A stretch of DNA of 62,447 nucleotides, filler included, from Globobulimina sp. (taxonomy: Eukaryota): assembly GCA_003354225.1 (NCBI GenBank). It is 15 parts of 15 records of this genome, joined end to end, with 100 filler letters (N's around TTAATTAATTAA, not from the genome) between each part and the next. Parts side by side here need not be neighbours in the genome. Positions count along the whole stretch, not along the records: positions 50,055 to 54,119 come from PIVH01001659.1; positions 54,220 to 58,283 come from PIVH01001660.1; positions 58,384 to 62,447 come from PIVH01001661.1; 12 more parts are not named here. One strand, written 5' to 3'. Position 1 is the first letter of the stretch, and each line of letters opens with the position of its first letter. The notes under the pieces were generated by a model, which did not search any database, was not told the DNA's origin, and worked only from the letters and a program-made list of their open reading frames with translations. Positions 50,868 to 62,332 of the stretch are shown here, piece after piece. A program made the translations under genes and the position numbers.

Positions 50868-52904
50868 ATGGCTTTACAAGAACCAAAAACGAAGCAACGT
50901 CGCAGATCATCCGTCCACAAAGTAATCAACTCGTTTGGCAAAGGAATATCCAAAGGAATAACAGCGGGAGTCACCAAAACCAAGAAATTTGCCATAGAAA
51001 AAGTAGTAAAAGTTGAAGCCACTCCAGAAACTAATCAAATGATAGAATCATTAAATAAACTAAACAGCATAAAAAAAACAATATCATCGTTGTCAGACGG
51101 CACCATTACAAATCTATACACTGAACAAGTGCGGCAATCCATATATAGTTTACAATTAAGTGAAACCTTAATGTCATTAAAAACATGTCAAGCAACAAAC
51201 GATTTATTCAAAACCTTTTCAGACAACGTAATGGGCAGAAAACTATTTAAATTGAACACAATGACCAATGAATATTTAGTTAAAATGGAAAAGGAACTAA
51301 TTAATCCGCTCTTCATTTACCAATCCAAAGAATTAAAAAAAGCGGAGACATTAATAAAACACTACGAAGGCATCAAACGAGATTACGATTTCGCACTCCA
51401 TAAATACAGAAAATTAATCAGCAAAACTGAGAAGAATTCGAATTCGAAATCAACGTCAAAATGAAAAATTAATTCTAAATCCAGAAACGAAAAGGACAAA
51501 TTAATTAAATTCAAAGCATTGCAAACGCATAGAAATAAGATTACGGACTGTATAAATAATGTACAGCTCAAGCAACAGAGAGATTTATTGCATTGTTTTG
51601 AAAAGTTCTGGAAAGCTTATTTAATATTTGCAAGGCGCCAAGCTCAGATTTTGTCATTGAAGGATGACTTTGAAGAAAAATATGAAGCGCAGAAACAAAT
51701 CGATGTCGATGTCGATGTCGATGTGTTTGCACCATCGCGATATGGATCGGAGTGGCGGAACTCGCGGAAGCCAGCTTTAGTACAATCCAACTCGTTGCGA
51801 GTGGCGGTATTAATGAATTCCAATTCCAATTCGAATGCCAAGGATGAAGACAATGAGATATTAGCTAAGGAATTGCGCTATAAAAATGCCATAAAATTAG
51901 GCAGCGGTGCTTTTGCAACGGTTTATAAAGCAAATGATTTGTTGTCAGAGGATAAAGAAGTTGCGATTAAGAAGATATGCATCGGAGATGGCGCAAATGT
52001 GCTATATTTATCTTCGACGAAGGAAGAGGCCGAGAATGAATTGGAAATAATGCAATCATTGAACGGACACATAAATATTATCAAATTGCTCGATAGTTAT
52101 TATGAGCAGACTGTTTATAATGATTTGTATCTAAATTTGGTGATGGACTATGTGCCGGCTACATTGTTGTCGCAGTGTGCGTTTTATGCGGAAGCTGGTG
52201 ATACGATCAGACATAATGTCATACAAATCTATGCCTTTCAGTTGATTAAAGCCGTCAATTATATGCATATTAAGCAGATAATCCACAGAGATGTCAAGCC
52301 GGATAATTTGTTAATTAATACAAAGAATCATATGTTAAAATTATGTGATTTTGGCTGTTCCATTTCCATGAAAGTTGAAAAAGAAAAAGAGTTGGAAAGT
52401 TATGTATGTTCGAGATATTATAGAGCACCGGAACTAATATTACAAAGTGCATATTATGACTGCAGTGTTGATATTTGGTCCATTGGCTGCGTCATTGCTG
52501 AAATGTTTTTAGGTACATTGTTATTTGAAGGAGATGACGATGAAAATGAACAGTTAGATGACATTATAAAAAAATTAGGAACTCCCAATAAAAATGATAT
52601 TGATGCGATGAATGCAGATTATATTTACAAGCAAGAGTTGTTAGATAGAGATGAAAGTGGCGAGTCGTGGGATATGCTGTTTTGTGCTGTTATTGATATG
52701 CCACAAGACGCCATTCAATTAATATCACAAATGTTGATATATAATCCAAGCAATAGATTAACTGCTTTACAATGTTTAAAATGTGAATATTTTAACCGTA
52801 ATTCATTCGAATTCAAAAATGATAAAATGTGCGAGGAATTGGGATTGTTTGATTGGAACGATTTAGAGATACAATATGGCAAAGCAAGTGATATAATTTT
52901 ATGA
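50868..52904 (+). CDS. BAR-like helical domain fused to a GSK3-like (CMGC) kinase, interrupted by one in-frame TGA at 51462-51464
   Basis: Kinase motifs GSGAFATV, VAIKK, HRDVKPDN, DFG, SYVCSRYYRAPEL. BAR-like ELINPL..Y...RDYDFA before the TGA and LL..F..FWKAY..F after it, in the same frame. Confidence 0.75.
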
Positions 52905-52989
52905 TATCGATCGAATTGCATGAATTATTATTAAATGTTTTTTTTTTGTTTTTTTGTGTTGCGTACAAGGATAGAATAGAATAGATTGT

Positions 52990-53889
52990 TCACCGTTTCT
53001 TTATCAAAAATATGCCATCTTCCCAACCTTCACCCATCATATGTCTCTCCCAATACGCGATAAGCTCACAATTTTCTTCTTTTATGATATATTCAATTAC
53101 AACTTTTGGTGTAAAATGTAATTGTAATTTAGTGCCATGACTGGCCATTTCAATTTGCTTTGTTAGCCATAGCGGGTTACTGTCGGCGCCTTTATGTAAA
53201 TAATTATGTGGTATATGTAAATAAGCGATGCCGCCTTTATTTAATAAATTTAATAATTGTTTAATAAAACTCTGCTGCACATCGGGTGGATTGTGTTGAA
53301 TAGCAATTAATGAAAAAATAAAATCAAATTTAACTCCATGTAAATCCAATATCATATCACCTAAAACAGGAATAATATTATTTATATTAAATTTTTTTGC
53401 ATTTTCCATGCATTCATTTAAATAATTTTGACTGATATCGATTGCATAAACTTTCTGAAAATATGGTGCTACATTTATTGATAACCTACAAACACCGCAA
53501 CCGAAATCAATGACATTGTTATATTTTAAACTGATATTATATTTTTTAATACTTTCAAATACTTCCTTGATCATTTGCTTTCCGCTTAAAAAGAAAGCCG
53601 TCATATCATCAGTTGAGATATCTCCATTTGATTTGTTATATTTTGATGAAGTAATCACTCCCCAATACGGACGATTTTTGCCAAAATCATTCCATGAGTT
53701 TTTAACACCATCAAATAATGATTTATATGATGTTATTGCTTGTGCTTCTCGGTATGCACCCTCTCCTTGTTCTAGTTCTACGTGTGGTTGTTCACTAAGT
53801 TCTACTTTTTGTACTCTTGCGAACACCAATATATATACCACCAACACCATAAACAGAAACAAGCTCACTATTTTAGTGACAGTCTTCAT
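52990..53889 (-). CDS. Class I SAM-dependent methyltransferase with N-terminal membrane anchor
   Basis: VIDFGCGVCRL, YAIDIS, FDFIFSLIAIQHNP, LLNKGG; intronless. Confidence 0.85.
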   Translation of the reverse strand: MKTVTKIVSLFLFMVLVVYILVFARVQKVELSEQPHVELEQGEGAYREAQAITSYKSLFDGVKNSWNDFGKNRPYWGVITSSKYNKSNGDISTDDMTAFFLSGKQMIKEVFESIKKYNISLKYNNVIDFGCGVCRLSINVAPYFQKVYAIDISQNYLNECMENAKKFNINNIIPVLGDMILDLHGVKFDFIFSLIAIQHNPPDVQQSFIKQLLNLLNKGGIAYLHIPHNYLHKGADSNPLWLTKQIEMASHGTKLQLHFTPKVVIEYIIKEENCELIAYWERHMMGEGWEDGIFLIKKR

Positions 53890-54219
53890 TCTACACTTCA
53901 GTTAAGATAATGTTTTGTTGAGTAAAAAAGCAGTTTTTTCGTTTCCCGCAGACTAATGAACCAAGAAAATACTATATTTAACATCAATGGTGACTGGTCA
54001 ATTTGCAGCACATTTATTTCATATGGAACCCATGAATGTATTTGTGATGATTGAATATTAATATATCTGGCGTATCTGCACGAATTTTGGATTTGGCGTA
54101 GATTCACGTCACCGGGCCGNNNNNNNNNNNNNNNNNNNNNNNNNNNNNNNNNNNNNNNNNNNNTTAATTAATTAANNNNNNNNNNNNNNNNNNNNNNNNN
54201 NNNNNNNNNNNNNNNNNNN

Positions 54220-54950
54220 AGTCCTATTGTTGAAAAAAGAAAACATAAAAATAAACCATCTACATATATGTCGACATCAAATTGCGAAATGTGCTGAGAT
54301 CGGTCTTCTTTGGTTGCTCATAATATACTAAATAAAAGTTGTCAACTCTCCGAGAAAATGTTTTTACTTTGCATCCTAGTGTCGGTTGTTGTTAAGAATG
54401 TGATGATGGTATATTAACAATCGTGAATTTGAATCAGTTTGAGGCATTTTTGCGGAATTATAATTGTTAGTAATCCGAGAATTTCTTCTTTTGGATAGTA
54501 TGCCATTTGATGTTTGTGGTCGTTGTCTTTGTATATTTCTATGTTTATTTTTATTGGCTTTCGGTTTACTGCGTGCTGATGGCTGTAATGATGTTACTTT
54601 CATTGTTGGTGCGAAATCTGATTGTTCACAACCGACATAACGTAGCTTGTTACCATTACCACCTAATTCCCATTTATTTGATTTTGGTTGGGATGTAAAT
54701 GGTTTGTTATTGTAGTTATTGTTATTCTTATTTGTTACGACCAGTCTTGAGTTTGGATTCAATGAGAGTCCTTTTGTTGAAAAAAGAAAACATAAAAATA
54801 AACCATCTGCATATCTGTCAACATCAACTTGCGAAATGTGCTGAGATCGGTCTTCTTTGATTGCTCATAATATACTAAATAAAAGTTGTCAACTCCGCCA
54901 GTCACCAAGAAAATGTTTTTACTTTGCATCCTAGCGTCAGTTGCTGTTAA
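54220..54950. repeat. Imperfect direct duplication of about 180 bp (54220-54395 and 54767-54950) covering the LanCL upstream region and signal-peptide start
   Basis: Near-identical gaaaaaagaaaacataaaaataaaccatct..gcgaaatgtgctgagatcggtcttcttt..aaaatgtttttactttgcatcctag in both copies. Confidence 0.9.
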
Positions 54951-56567
54951 CGCCTCACCTTTGCCACCATCTCAAGACCAGTGCAAACCAATAAGTGCAA
55001 AGGAGCCTCCTCAATGTCCACAAACAATTGGTATGCGTAATTGCGTATAGCATTTAATACATATTGATAAATAATATCTATATTTTTATAAAATTAAACT
55101 TATTAAAGGCCCGCCATGTCCACCTTGCTATACAAATGAAAATAAAGATTATCAATCTGGCGATGCCATTAGTTTCACACATTCCGAACAGCAACAAATG
55201 GGACAGTTTATGGATTGGTATGTTGATTGGTGGAATGCAAATTATCCTCCCTCAAAAACATCAAATGGATATAGTATATGGACAGGGTCCGCCGGCAGAG
55301 GCAATATTTTTTTAAGATTATATCAATATGACACTGCTAACTCATCATTGCTACAAACAGCTGAGAATTATGTGGATCACGCAATGTCAATATTACCCGC
55401 AAAACAACAATATACTTCATGGGCCACTGGAGTTAATGGTGTATGGTCTTTGAAAGCAATCATTGACTCTATCAATGGCAATGCAAATGGAATGCAGCAA
55501 TATATTGCTTTACTGCGTGATTGGTTCAATGATATAAACACTGCCATCAAAGAGAATGATTCCGTTTCGCCAAAATATGGTTTGGATATGAAACATTTCT
55601 CATTAAATGCAGGTTTAGCCGGGGCTTTATATAATGCCTTATTATTAAATAAATACTTCAACCAAACAATTATTGATGTTGATATTATTGTGAATTTAAC
55701 ATATTTCATCTTAGACTCCGGAATAAAAACAGGTGAGTCGCGCAGACATAATTATTTAGAGTATCTACATCCGTATATTCATGATTGTTACACTTGGGGA
55801 GCTGGCTCGGGATCCGGTGGTGTGGTCAAAATGATATATGAAGCATACAATATGTATCCAGATGAGTTGGATAATATTTTCAATGTCGCTGATAAATACT
55901 ATGTGGCAATGAAGAATACCGTGGATTTCTATGTTAGCATTCAGTTGGACGATGATAATATGCCAACGCAAACTGGTGATGCTTGTTCGCGAATGTACGG
56001 CTCTGACAATGATGCGCGAGTCCAATGGTGTCATGGATGCCCATCTTTTATAAATGTTTTCGTGCAAAGTTCCATATTATTCAATAAATATAACACGACT
56101 GCATCTCAAAAATATTTAAATTCTGCCTTAAGGTATTTTGCATCGATCCATAATCCATATCTATGTATTTATATAATTGGTTTTCATCATGAATAAGATG
56201 TTCCAATGCAACGTGGGACCGTGGCCTATTGGTGAAAGGTACGATGTTTTGCCATGGCATTGCTGGGAATATTTATATGTTTTGGGAATTATCTGAGTTA
56301 TTGAATAAAATGCAAGAAATGAATATTAATTTTAACGGCTATGATTTAGAGTTCTTACAACAACAAAGTGCGTATCGAGCAAAACAATTTGTTTTATGGA
56401 CTTTGAATTGGAACAATGTGAACAAAACAAGAATATATGATTCAGATGAAGGATTTTCGCAACATCAGGGAAATTTTGGCATTCCAATGTTATATGTTCA
56501 AACTATTCAAGATGGATGGCCGCAAACTCAAAATGTGTGCACTCCAACTTGGAATTTGTGTCTTTGA
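54913..56567 (+). CDS. LanC-like (LanCL) protein with signal peptide, 3 exons (introns 55031-55108, 56133-56197)
   Basis: SIWTGSAG, VQWCHGCP and WDRGLLVKGTMFCHGIAGN are LanCL hallmark motifs. The first exon, MFLLCILASVAVNA-SPLPP.., splices in frame. Confidence 0.85.
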
Positions 56568-56596
56568 ACACTTTTGTCACTTAATTAATTATAAGC

Positions 56597-58283
56597 TTGT
56601 TTAAGTACTATGAAAACCCAGTGAATGGAAAAATCTTCTGTTTGAGACATGACAAGCACCACCAGACAACCAGACAAACGATACCATCAAAACCTTTTAT
56701 TTTTAAATCCAATTCATTGTACTCAATAGAGCTTGACACAGTATACATTTCGACATCGGAACTTTGTCCAATACTTATCACAATCAATGATAATGATGTA
56801 TGGTTGGAATTGAATGATAATAGAAATGTACGGAATAAAATAATATTGTATCATCTCACTGAAAGGGACATTATCAATACGTCTCAACAAATCCAAGTGT
56901 TTGAGATATTGAGTCCAACAAAACTACCAACCATAAAATCTGTAAATATCATGGATGCAAAAATAATACAAAATTATGCACCAAATGCAAATAATAATAA
57001 ATGTGAATTGAATGCATATTCATTATTATTTGCAACACAAATTATATCAAAAACAAGATTCAATGTAAAGAATACAGCAAATACCTATTATGTGAACACA
57101 TTAGCTAGAGATGACACAAAATATGGGTTATCTACAAGTTGGACATTTGATTTTAAGCTAAATTTCCCATTGTATGCAACAAAAAACACAATAATATACA
57201 TTACAGATAATGGTCATGGATTTGGACGGTTAATATACGACAATATATTGCATCAATTTGGAATAGAAATCGGTAAACAATTGCAAATTATTTACATTCC
57301 ATCAGCAACAGAACTAAATAGTATTGAATCTGGATATAAACATATTGTATTTACATTTAATAATCGCAATAAAAAATTATTACTTTACATTGATAATGCA
57401 TTTGTTGGCGAAGTAATTATACAAAATATATCCGCCTTATATCTATTTTATGTATCTGGTATAAATCAAGATTTCTTATCATCTTCCAATAAAATAAAAG
57501 AACTGAGATACTTTAGCTGGGCGGTTGAAGATATAAATATGTTAAATGATAATCACTGTGGGGTAAGTTGTGTTGATTTAAATTCTGCACTACTTTGCAT
57601 TTCAAAGAGTTGTGTATGGTTTGAAATATCCAAACAATGTTTGAATTCACCAATTGATTGTAAACAACTATCAAATTCTAAACAAGAATGTAATGGAGAA
57701 ATATTTGCAACTAATAATAATTATGCTTTATCGCATTTGTTGCAAAGCAATTGTTATTATGCTGAATCATGCAAAATCGGACAAAGATATAAATTAGAAA
57801 CGAAAGAGATGATAAATATTGATTTTATATCCCAACATTTTGATATTAATAATATGTATCATTGTAAAACATTTTGTGATTCAATGTTAAAATGTTTGCA
57901 TTGGCAATATAATAAAATAGAAAAGAAATGTGAGTTATTTGGCAATGGGCAATATGTCGGCAAAATAAATGATGATTATATCCATGGATATCCTCTATCT
58001 ATTTCAGGTTCAGCAGTGGCAGATATTATATCCTCTCAAATTGAAAATGAATGTGAAGGCCGCTCAATGTTCCATGTTGTTGTACAAATAAATTATGCAC
58101 TGTTATCTGAAATATTTAATTCACATCAATTTATTGACGGTTTATTTCCGCGCATAAAATTTGAATTTTCTAACATGAAATTGAATGTGTTTTCAGGTTA
58201 TGGCCAAGGTGGGAAAAATGTACATGATCGGGATGAAAAAAACGAGATTTCAATATATTGGCAAGAAGGAATTGTTGATTTAG
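56597..58283 (+). CDS. LamG/concanavalin-like + PAN/apple-like extracellular protein, 3'-partial with uncertain start
   Basis: KHIVFTFN...LLLYIDN..IKELRYFSWA; CKTFCDSMLKCLHWQY....CEL. Confidence 0.55.
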
Positions 58284-58383
58284 NNNNNNNNNNNNNNNNN
58301 NNNNNNNNNNNNNNNNNNNNNNNNNNNTTAATTAATTAANNNNNNNNNNNNNNNNNNNNNNNNNNNNNNNNNNNNNNNNNNNN

Positions 58384-59298
58384 TCTTTCTCCGCAAACAA
58401 TCCTTACACACAATATCCAGACACCAGGGACACTTGGACTTCCTCGTAAACCGTTTGAATGGTTTCTGACATAATTTACACGGCGACTGCCGGTCAAAGG
58501 CATCAATCTCATATTTAACGTCCGGATTCAACAACTTTCCCCGTTGCTTCATCGACGAATACAATATAGATTTCCCGTTCTGCACGCGATCCAATTCATG
58601 CTTTTTGGGCTTGACACAGCGGCCCAAATACTTTCGTGAGCGGCCCGGCGTGGATGAACCGGCGATCCGGATGTAACAAATGTAGATATAGTCCCAACTC
58701 CACTTCAATGTCACGCAATATCTTCTGATCAGCGTCATAAATGACCCGCGCTTGCATGTCGTTGCAAATATGCGACACTACCTCGCAAGCTACGGACTTG
58801 GACTTCGGCGCAAAGTTCATCACATTTATAAACCATTCTTGCTTCAAATGCTCGCCGCGCACAGTGGCCAAATGCCGCGCATTGGGCAGTAAATGCTTGC
58901 TCTGCTCTACGAACACAAACTTGGCCAAATCGCACGCAAACGCATGTAATTGCGGCTCGTTCAACGATAAGCAAATCGCGGCAGTACACGAATATTTGAT
59001 GGCGTCCAAGCACACCGACTGCGTTTGCGGGTCTTTGGTCTGCCGCAAAACGGTGGTGATCGCGGCCAAAAACTGATGCCAAGTCACCTCGTACAGCGCG
59101 CGCACAATCTCTCGTTGTCGCGCTTTCTGCCACGAATGTTTCCGCAACGACGAGTCCCGCAATTTCGCCAAAGCTTTTTGTACCAAACGACTGCATTCCG
59201 ACCGAAACTGCTTCTGCACCGCCTGCACGTCCTCGTTTTCATACTGATGGAAGGTTTTCATCTCAATGGGATTCAACGAGATCGAGTCATATAACTCT
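58384..59298 (-). pseudogene. Fragment of Sec7/BIG-type ARF-GEF (Sec7 end + HDS1), PH start and FYVE finger, frame-disrupted
   Basis: ELYDSISLNPIEM, VRALYEVTW..FLAAIT..L....D.....CLDA..AF...LAKF, DRRFIHAGPLTK; then, in another frame, CKLCQKPF.RF.RKSKCPWCLDIVCKDC. Confidence 0.6.
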
Positions 59299-59699
59299 GA
59301 GCTAGGAACGATTTATAGCGCCAGCTTTTCATATCTGAGGAACTGTAGACTGAGATCTCGCGATGGACTGTTTTGTTGCGGGATATTCATATTTAATTTG
59401 TATTGCCGTGTTCATTGTGCTCATTGTCATTTTGCGAATTGGCGGATTGCTTTTTGTGTTTGTACGGCTGATTGGTTGATATTGCAAATATTGCTTTCAA
59501 ACTAGTTTTGCGATGGCCACGAAATCATCTCGTTCTCGTGTGTACCTTGACACAAACAAATGTTAAACGCTAAAATGTTTTAAAAAATAAAGATGAGAAA
59601 AACTGCCACGAACTGAAAACTACTTAATTTAATTTAGTTAGTTAGGAATTGAAGGTGGCAAAATCCACCAAGAAGACAAAAACTGATCTGGATATTTCT

Positions 59700-59884
59700 T
59701 ATTTGCTATTAACACCAATTCCGCTTCAATTCAATTTATTATAATCTGTATATTTTAAAATTCAAACAATTAGTGTAAATAGAATTTGATTATATTTGCT
59801 ATTAAAACCAATTCCGTCGTAATTCAATTCGATCCACTTAAATCTGTATATTTTAAATACAAAAAATGAGTGTGAATTTAATTC
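59700..59884. repeat. Diverged tandem duplication, period about 93 bp
   Basis: tatttgctattaa.accaattccg..aattcaatt..aatctgtatattttaaa at 59700 and 59793. Confidence 0.75.
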
Positions 59885-60323
59885 AAAAAATTCTGCATAA
59901 CCCGAAATGGACAAAATCAACAAAAAAGTGAGCGCACTGCTACATCCACAACATAGGCAACGTGTAGCTGGGCCGTAAATAATGCTGGACCTATTTTAGG
60001 AGTTGACCAATGGACGTATTGGATCGCGACAGATGGGTCAACAACGTTGCTTCCTCTATAGCTGCTCTCCTTTTGTCTCTTTTGGTTTCTTTCTTGCAAC
60101 TTTTTACTCCCCTTTTTACCCCATATAATCCATAATTTCTATATTCTATTTTCTATTTTCTATTTCTATAGGCAAACTTTGATGACTGGACATTTGCGAT
60201 AGAAAATGGCATGGTTAATATGCAATTATGACGGTAATTTTAGAATAAATTACTCATTTTTAGACATCTTTAAACTGAATATTCCACAAAACTTCTGTAT
60301 TTATCGCAATCGCTACCAAAAAA

Positions 60324-61484
60324 ATGTATAGCATTTTAATTGACATTTATGGATATTATTATTCATTTATAAAAATGTATTTCTTTGCAAATACACCATC
60401 AAATGCATTGGAATTATTTCATTGGTCATGTTATCAAATGTACGTTGTTTTTTGGAATAAACCATTTCATAAAAATGCACCAGAAAGAACTGTATCAAGC
60501 CTCAATTATTTGGTTCCCAAATTTATTAATCCAAATGTAGGTTTAATTATTTTCCCTTTTGCATGTATATTTATGGCAATCTGGAATATGGACTCAATTT
60601 TTCTAAAATTGATTCAACATCCTTATTGGTGGGAGGGAGGGATGACAAACACAACATCCTTAAAAAGAGCTGACAAACACAACGTCGTTTCAACTGTATT
60701 CATTATTGCCTACGGGTTCAATATTTTCTTGCAAAAGAAACAAGAAGAAGATATGCCGCCTATGTACAGTAAACACCATTTTTATCAGTTTGCTTTACAG
60801 CATAATATCCCAACAGTCAAATGTATTTTATCAGAGCAAGAATTGGAAAAAGAATCTTTCAATGGCCATTGCAAAAACAAACAATTTATTGTCAAGAGAA
60901 GTTATGGAGCGTTTGGACAAGGAACATTTATGACCAAAAGTCCAAAAAAATATTTATCAGAGATTCCCAAAATTGTGATTCAAGAAAGATTGGTGAACCA
61001 TATTTCAATACAAAATATAACAAAGAATAAAGAAACTTTATGTACATTTCGAGTTGCAACATTTTCAAGTGATACACAACTGGACCCTGTCACATTTTTT
61101 AGATTACAAACAAATAAAAATGCAATGACTGATCAAAATATACATGGAAATGTATTGAGTTATATTTATGATAGGGAATCATCAGAATTTAGAAAACGTA
61201 TTTATTGGAGACCAATAATGCAAGTATCACAAAATCGCAAAGATGCATTTAAATGGAAATTTAAAGGCTTAGATGATTTTATATCTGTTTTGAATCGTAT
61301 TCATCATAAATACTTAAATGATTTTGTTGGTTGTGGATGGGATATTGCAAAAATATCAAATGGTGATTGGGTTATTGTTGAATGCAATGTTGGAGAGGGT
61401 TATTATTTTGATAAACCAGAATACAGTGATAAAATATTGAAATGTTATTTGAAGAAATTGAAAGTATTCCACAATGATAAATGA
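60324..61484 (+). CDS. ATP-grasp protein (sugar-transfer-associated-like) with hydrophobic N-terminus
   Basis: FIVKRSYGAFGQG, VIQERLVNH, LCTFRVAT, GWDIA...GDWVIVECN; intronless. Confidence 0.75.
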   Translation: MYSILIDIYGYYYSFIKMYFFANTPSNALELFHWSCYQMYVVFWNKPFHKNAPERTVSSLNYLVPKFINPNVGLIIFPFACIFMAIWNMDSIFLKLIQHPYWWEGGMTNTTSLKRADKHNVVSTVFIIAYGFNIFLQKKQEEDMPPMYSKHHFYQFALQHNIPTVKCILSEQELEKESFNGHCKNKQFIVKRSYGAFGQGTFMTKSPKKYLSEIPKIVIQERLVNHISIQNITKNKETLCTFRVATFSSDTQLDPVTFFRLQTNKNAMTDQNIHGNVLSYIYDRESSEFRKRIYWRPIMQVSQNRKDAFKWKFKGLDDFISVLNRIHHKYLNDFVGCGWDIAKISNGDWVIVECNVGEGYYFDKPEYSDKILKCYLKKLKVFHNDK

Positions 61485-61606
61485 TTACTTTTGCGTTTAA
61501 TTTTATTAATATCAGGACTGACACTCTAGCTCGTACTCGTTCTAGTCTCCACCTAAAATCAAAACTTATACGTGTTCTTAACTTATCTCGAAAGTTATAT
61601 ACAAAC

Positions 61607-62332
61607 TTATATACGTGTACCTTTATATTGATCTGATATCTCATGTAATTTATGTAATAATGGAAATTTATTATTTATAAATAAATTGGATTCGCGAATG
61701 ATTGCATGATACATAGATGTAATATTTGTACATTTTATTGCGTTCAATCGACTTAATAATACATCAAATTTCTCACATTGTGATATCTCAATAAATTTAT
61801 TATATTCTGTCGACTTAAAATATGCTTCAATATCAGTTATACCACCTTCTTCTATTAATGCTTGCAATTGTTTATATGCTGATAATTGTTTTAATAAACC
61901 AACACATTCTATTTGTTTCATTGAAAGTTGTTGTATTTGAGAGTTAATATGCGATTGAGACGGTTTTGCTTTTTTTCTTGGCATATGACTATCATCAATT
62001 GGTCTCGCACGTTTTTGTTTTGTTTTTTTAATAAACATTCCTAAAAATCTAGATTTATTTGCTGCAAATTGTTGTTTTTGTTTGATGATCCATTGATTAA
62101 TTATTTCCGTTGCTTCCTTATGAAATGATTGAGGAAACCTTTTCACGCCTTGGTGATGTTTATATTTCTCGCCATCACATTTATGTTTTGTTTTTAATTC
62201 ATTCCATATTCTATTTAAAATTGCTGTTGGTGGTTGCTTTCCTTTTTTATGATTATATTTTTTATATTGGCTTAGGAATAACGCATACGATACAGTCTCA
62301 AGATGGCTCATGTTGTAAGTTACGGAACTCAC
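61607..62332 (-). CDS. Hypothetical basic protein with possible HMG-box-like N-terminus
   Basis: SYALFLSQY..ILNRIWNEL; NLS-like PRKKAK. The start is uncertain. Confidence 0.4.
   Translation of the reverse strand: MSSVTYNMSHLETVSYALFLSQYKKYNHKKGKQPPTAILNRIWNELKTKHKCDGEKYKHHQGVKRFPQSFHKEATEIINQWIIKQKQQFAANKSRFLGMFIKKTKQKRARPIDDSHMPRKKAKPSQSHINSQIQQLSMKQIECVGLLKQLSAYKQLQALIEEGGITDIEAYFKSTEYNKFIEISQCEKFDVLLSRLNAIKCTNITSMYHAIIRESNLFINNKFPLLHKLHEISDQYKGTRI

Noticed and set aside
58400-58409. Near-matches to the motif in coding DNA (atccttacac 58400, caccttgcac 17037, aaccttgcac 39744)
   Set aside because: Mismatched and inside ORFs; compatible with chance and not counted.
54913-61484. LanC + ATP-grasp (+ methyltransferase) as a RiPP/lanthipeptide cluster
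   Set aside because: The genes are on different, unrelated contigs. No LanB/LanM dehydratase or precursor peptide is visible, and the LanC-like gene has spliceosomal introns.
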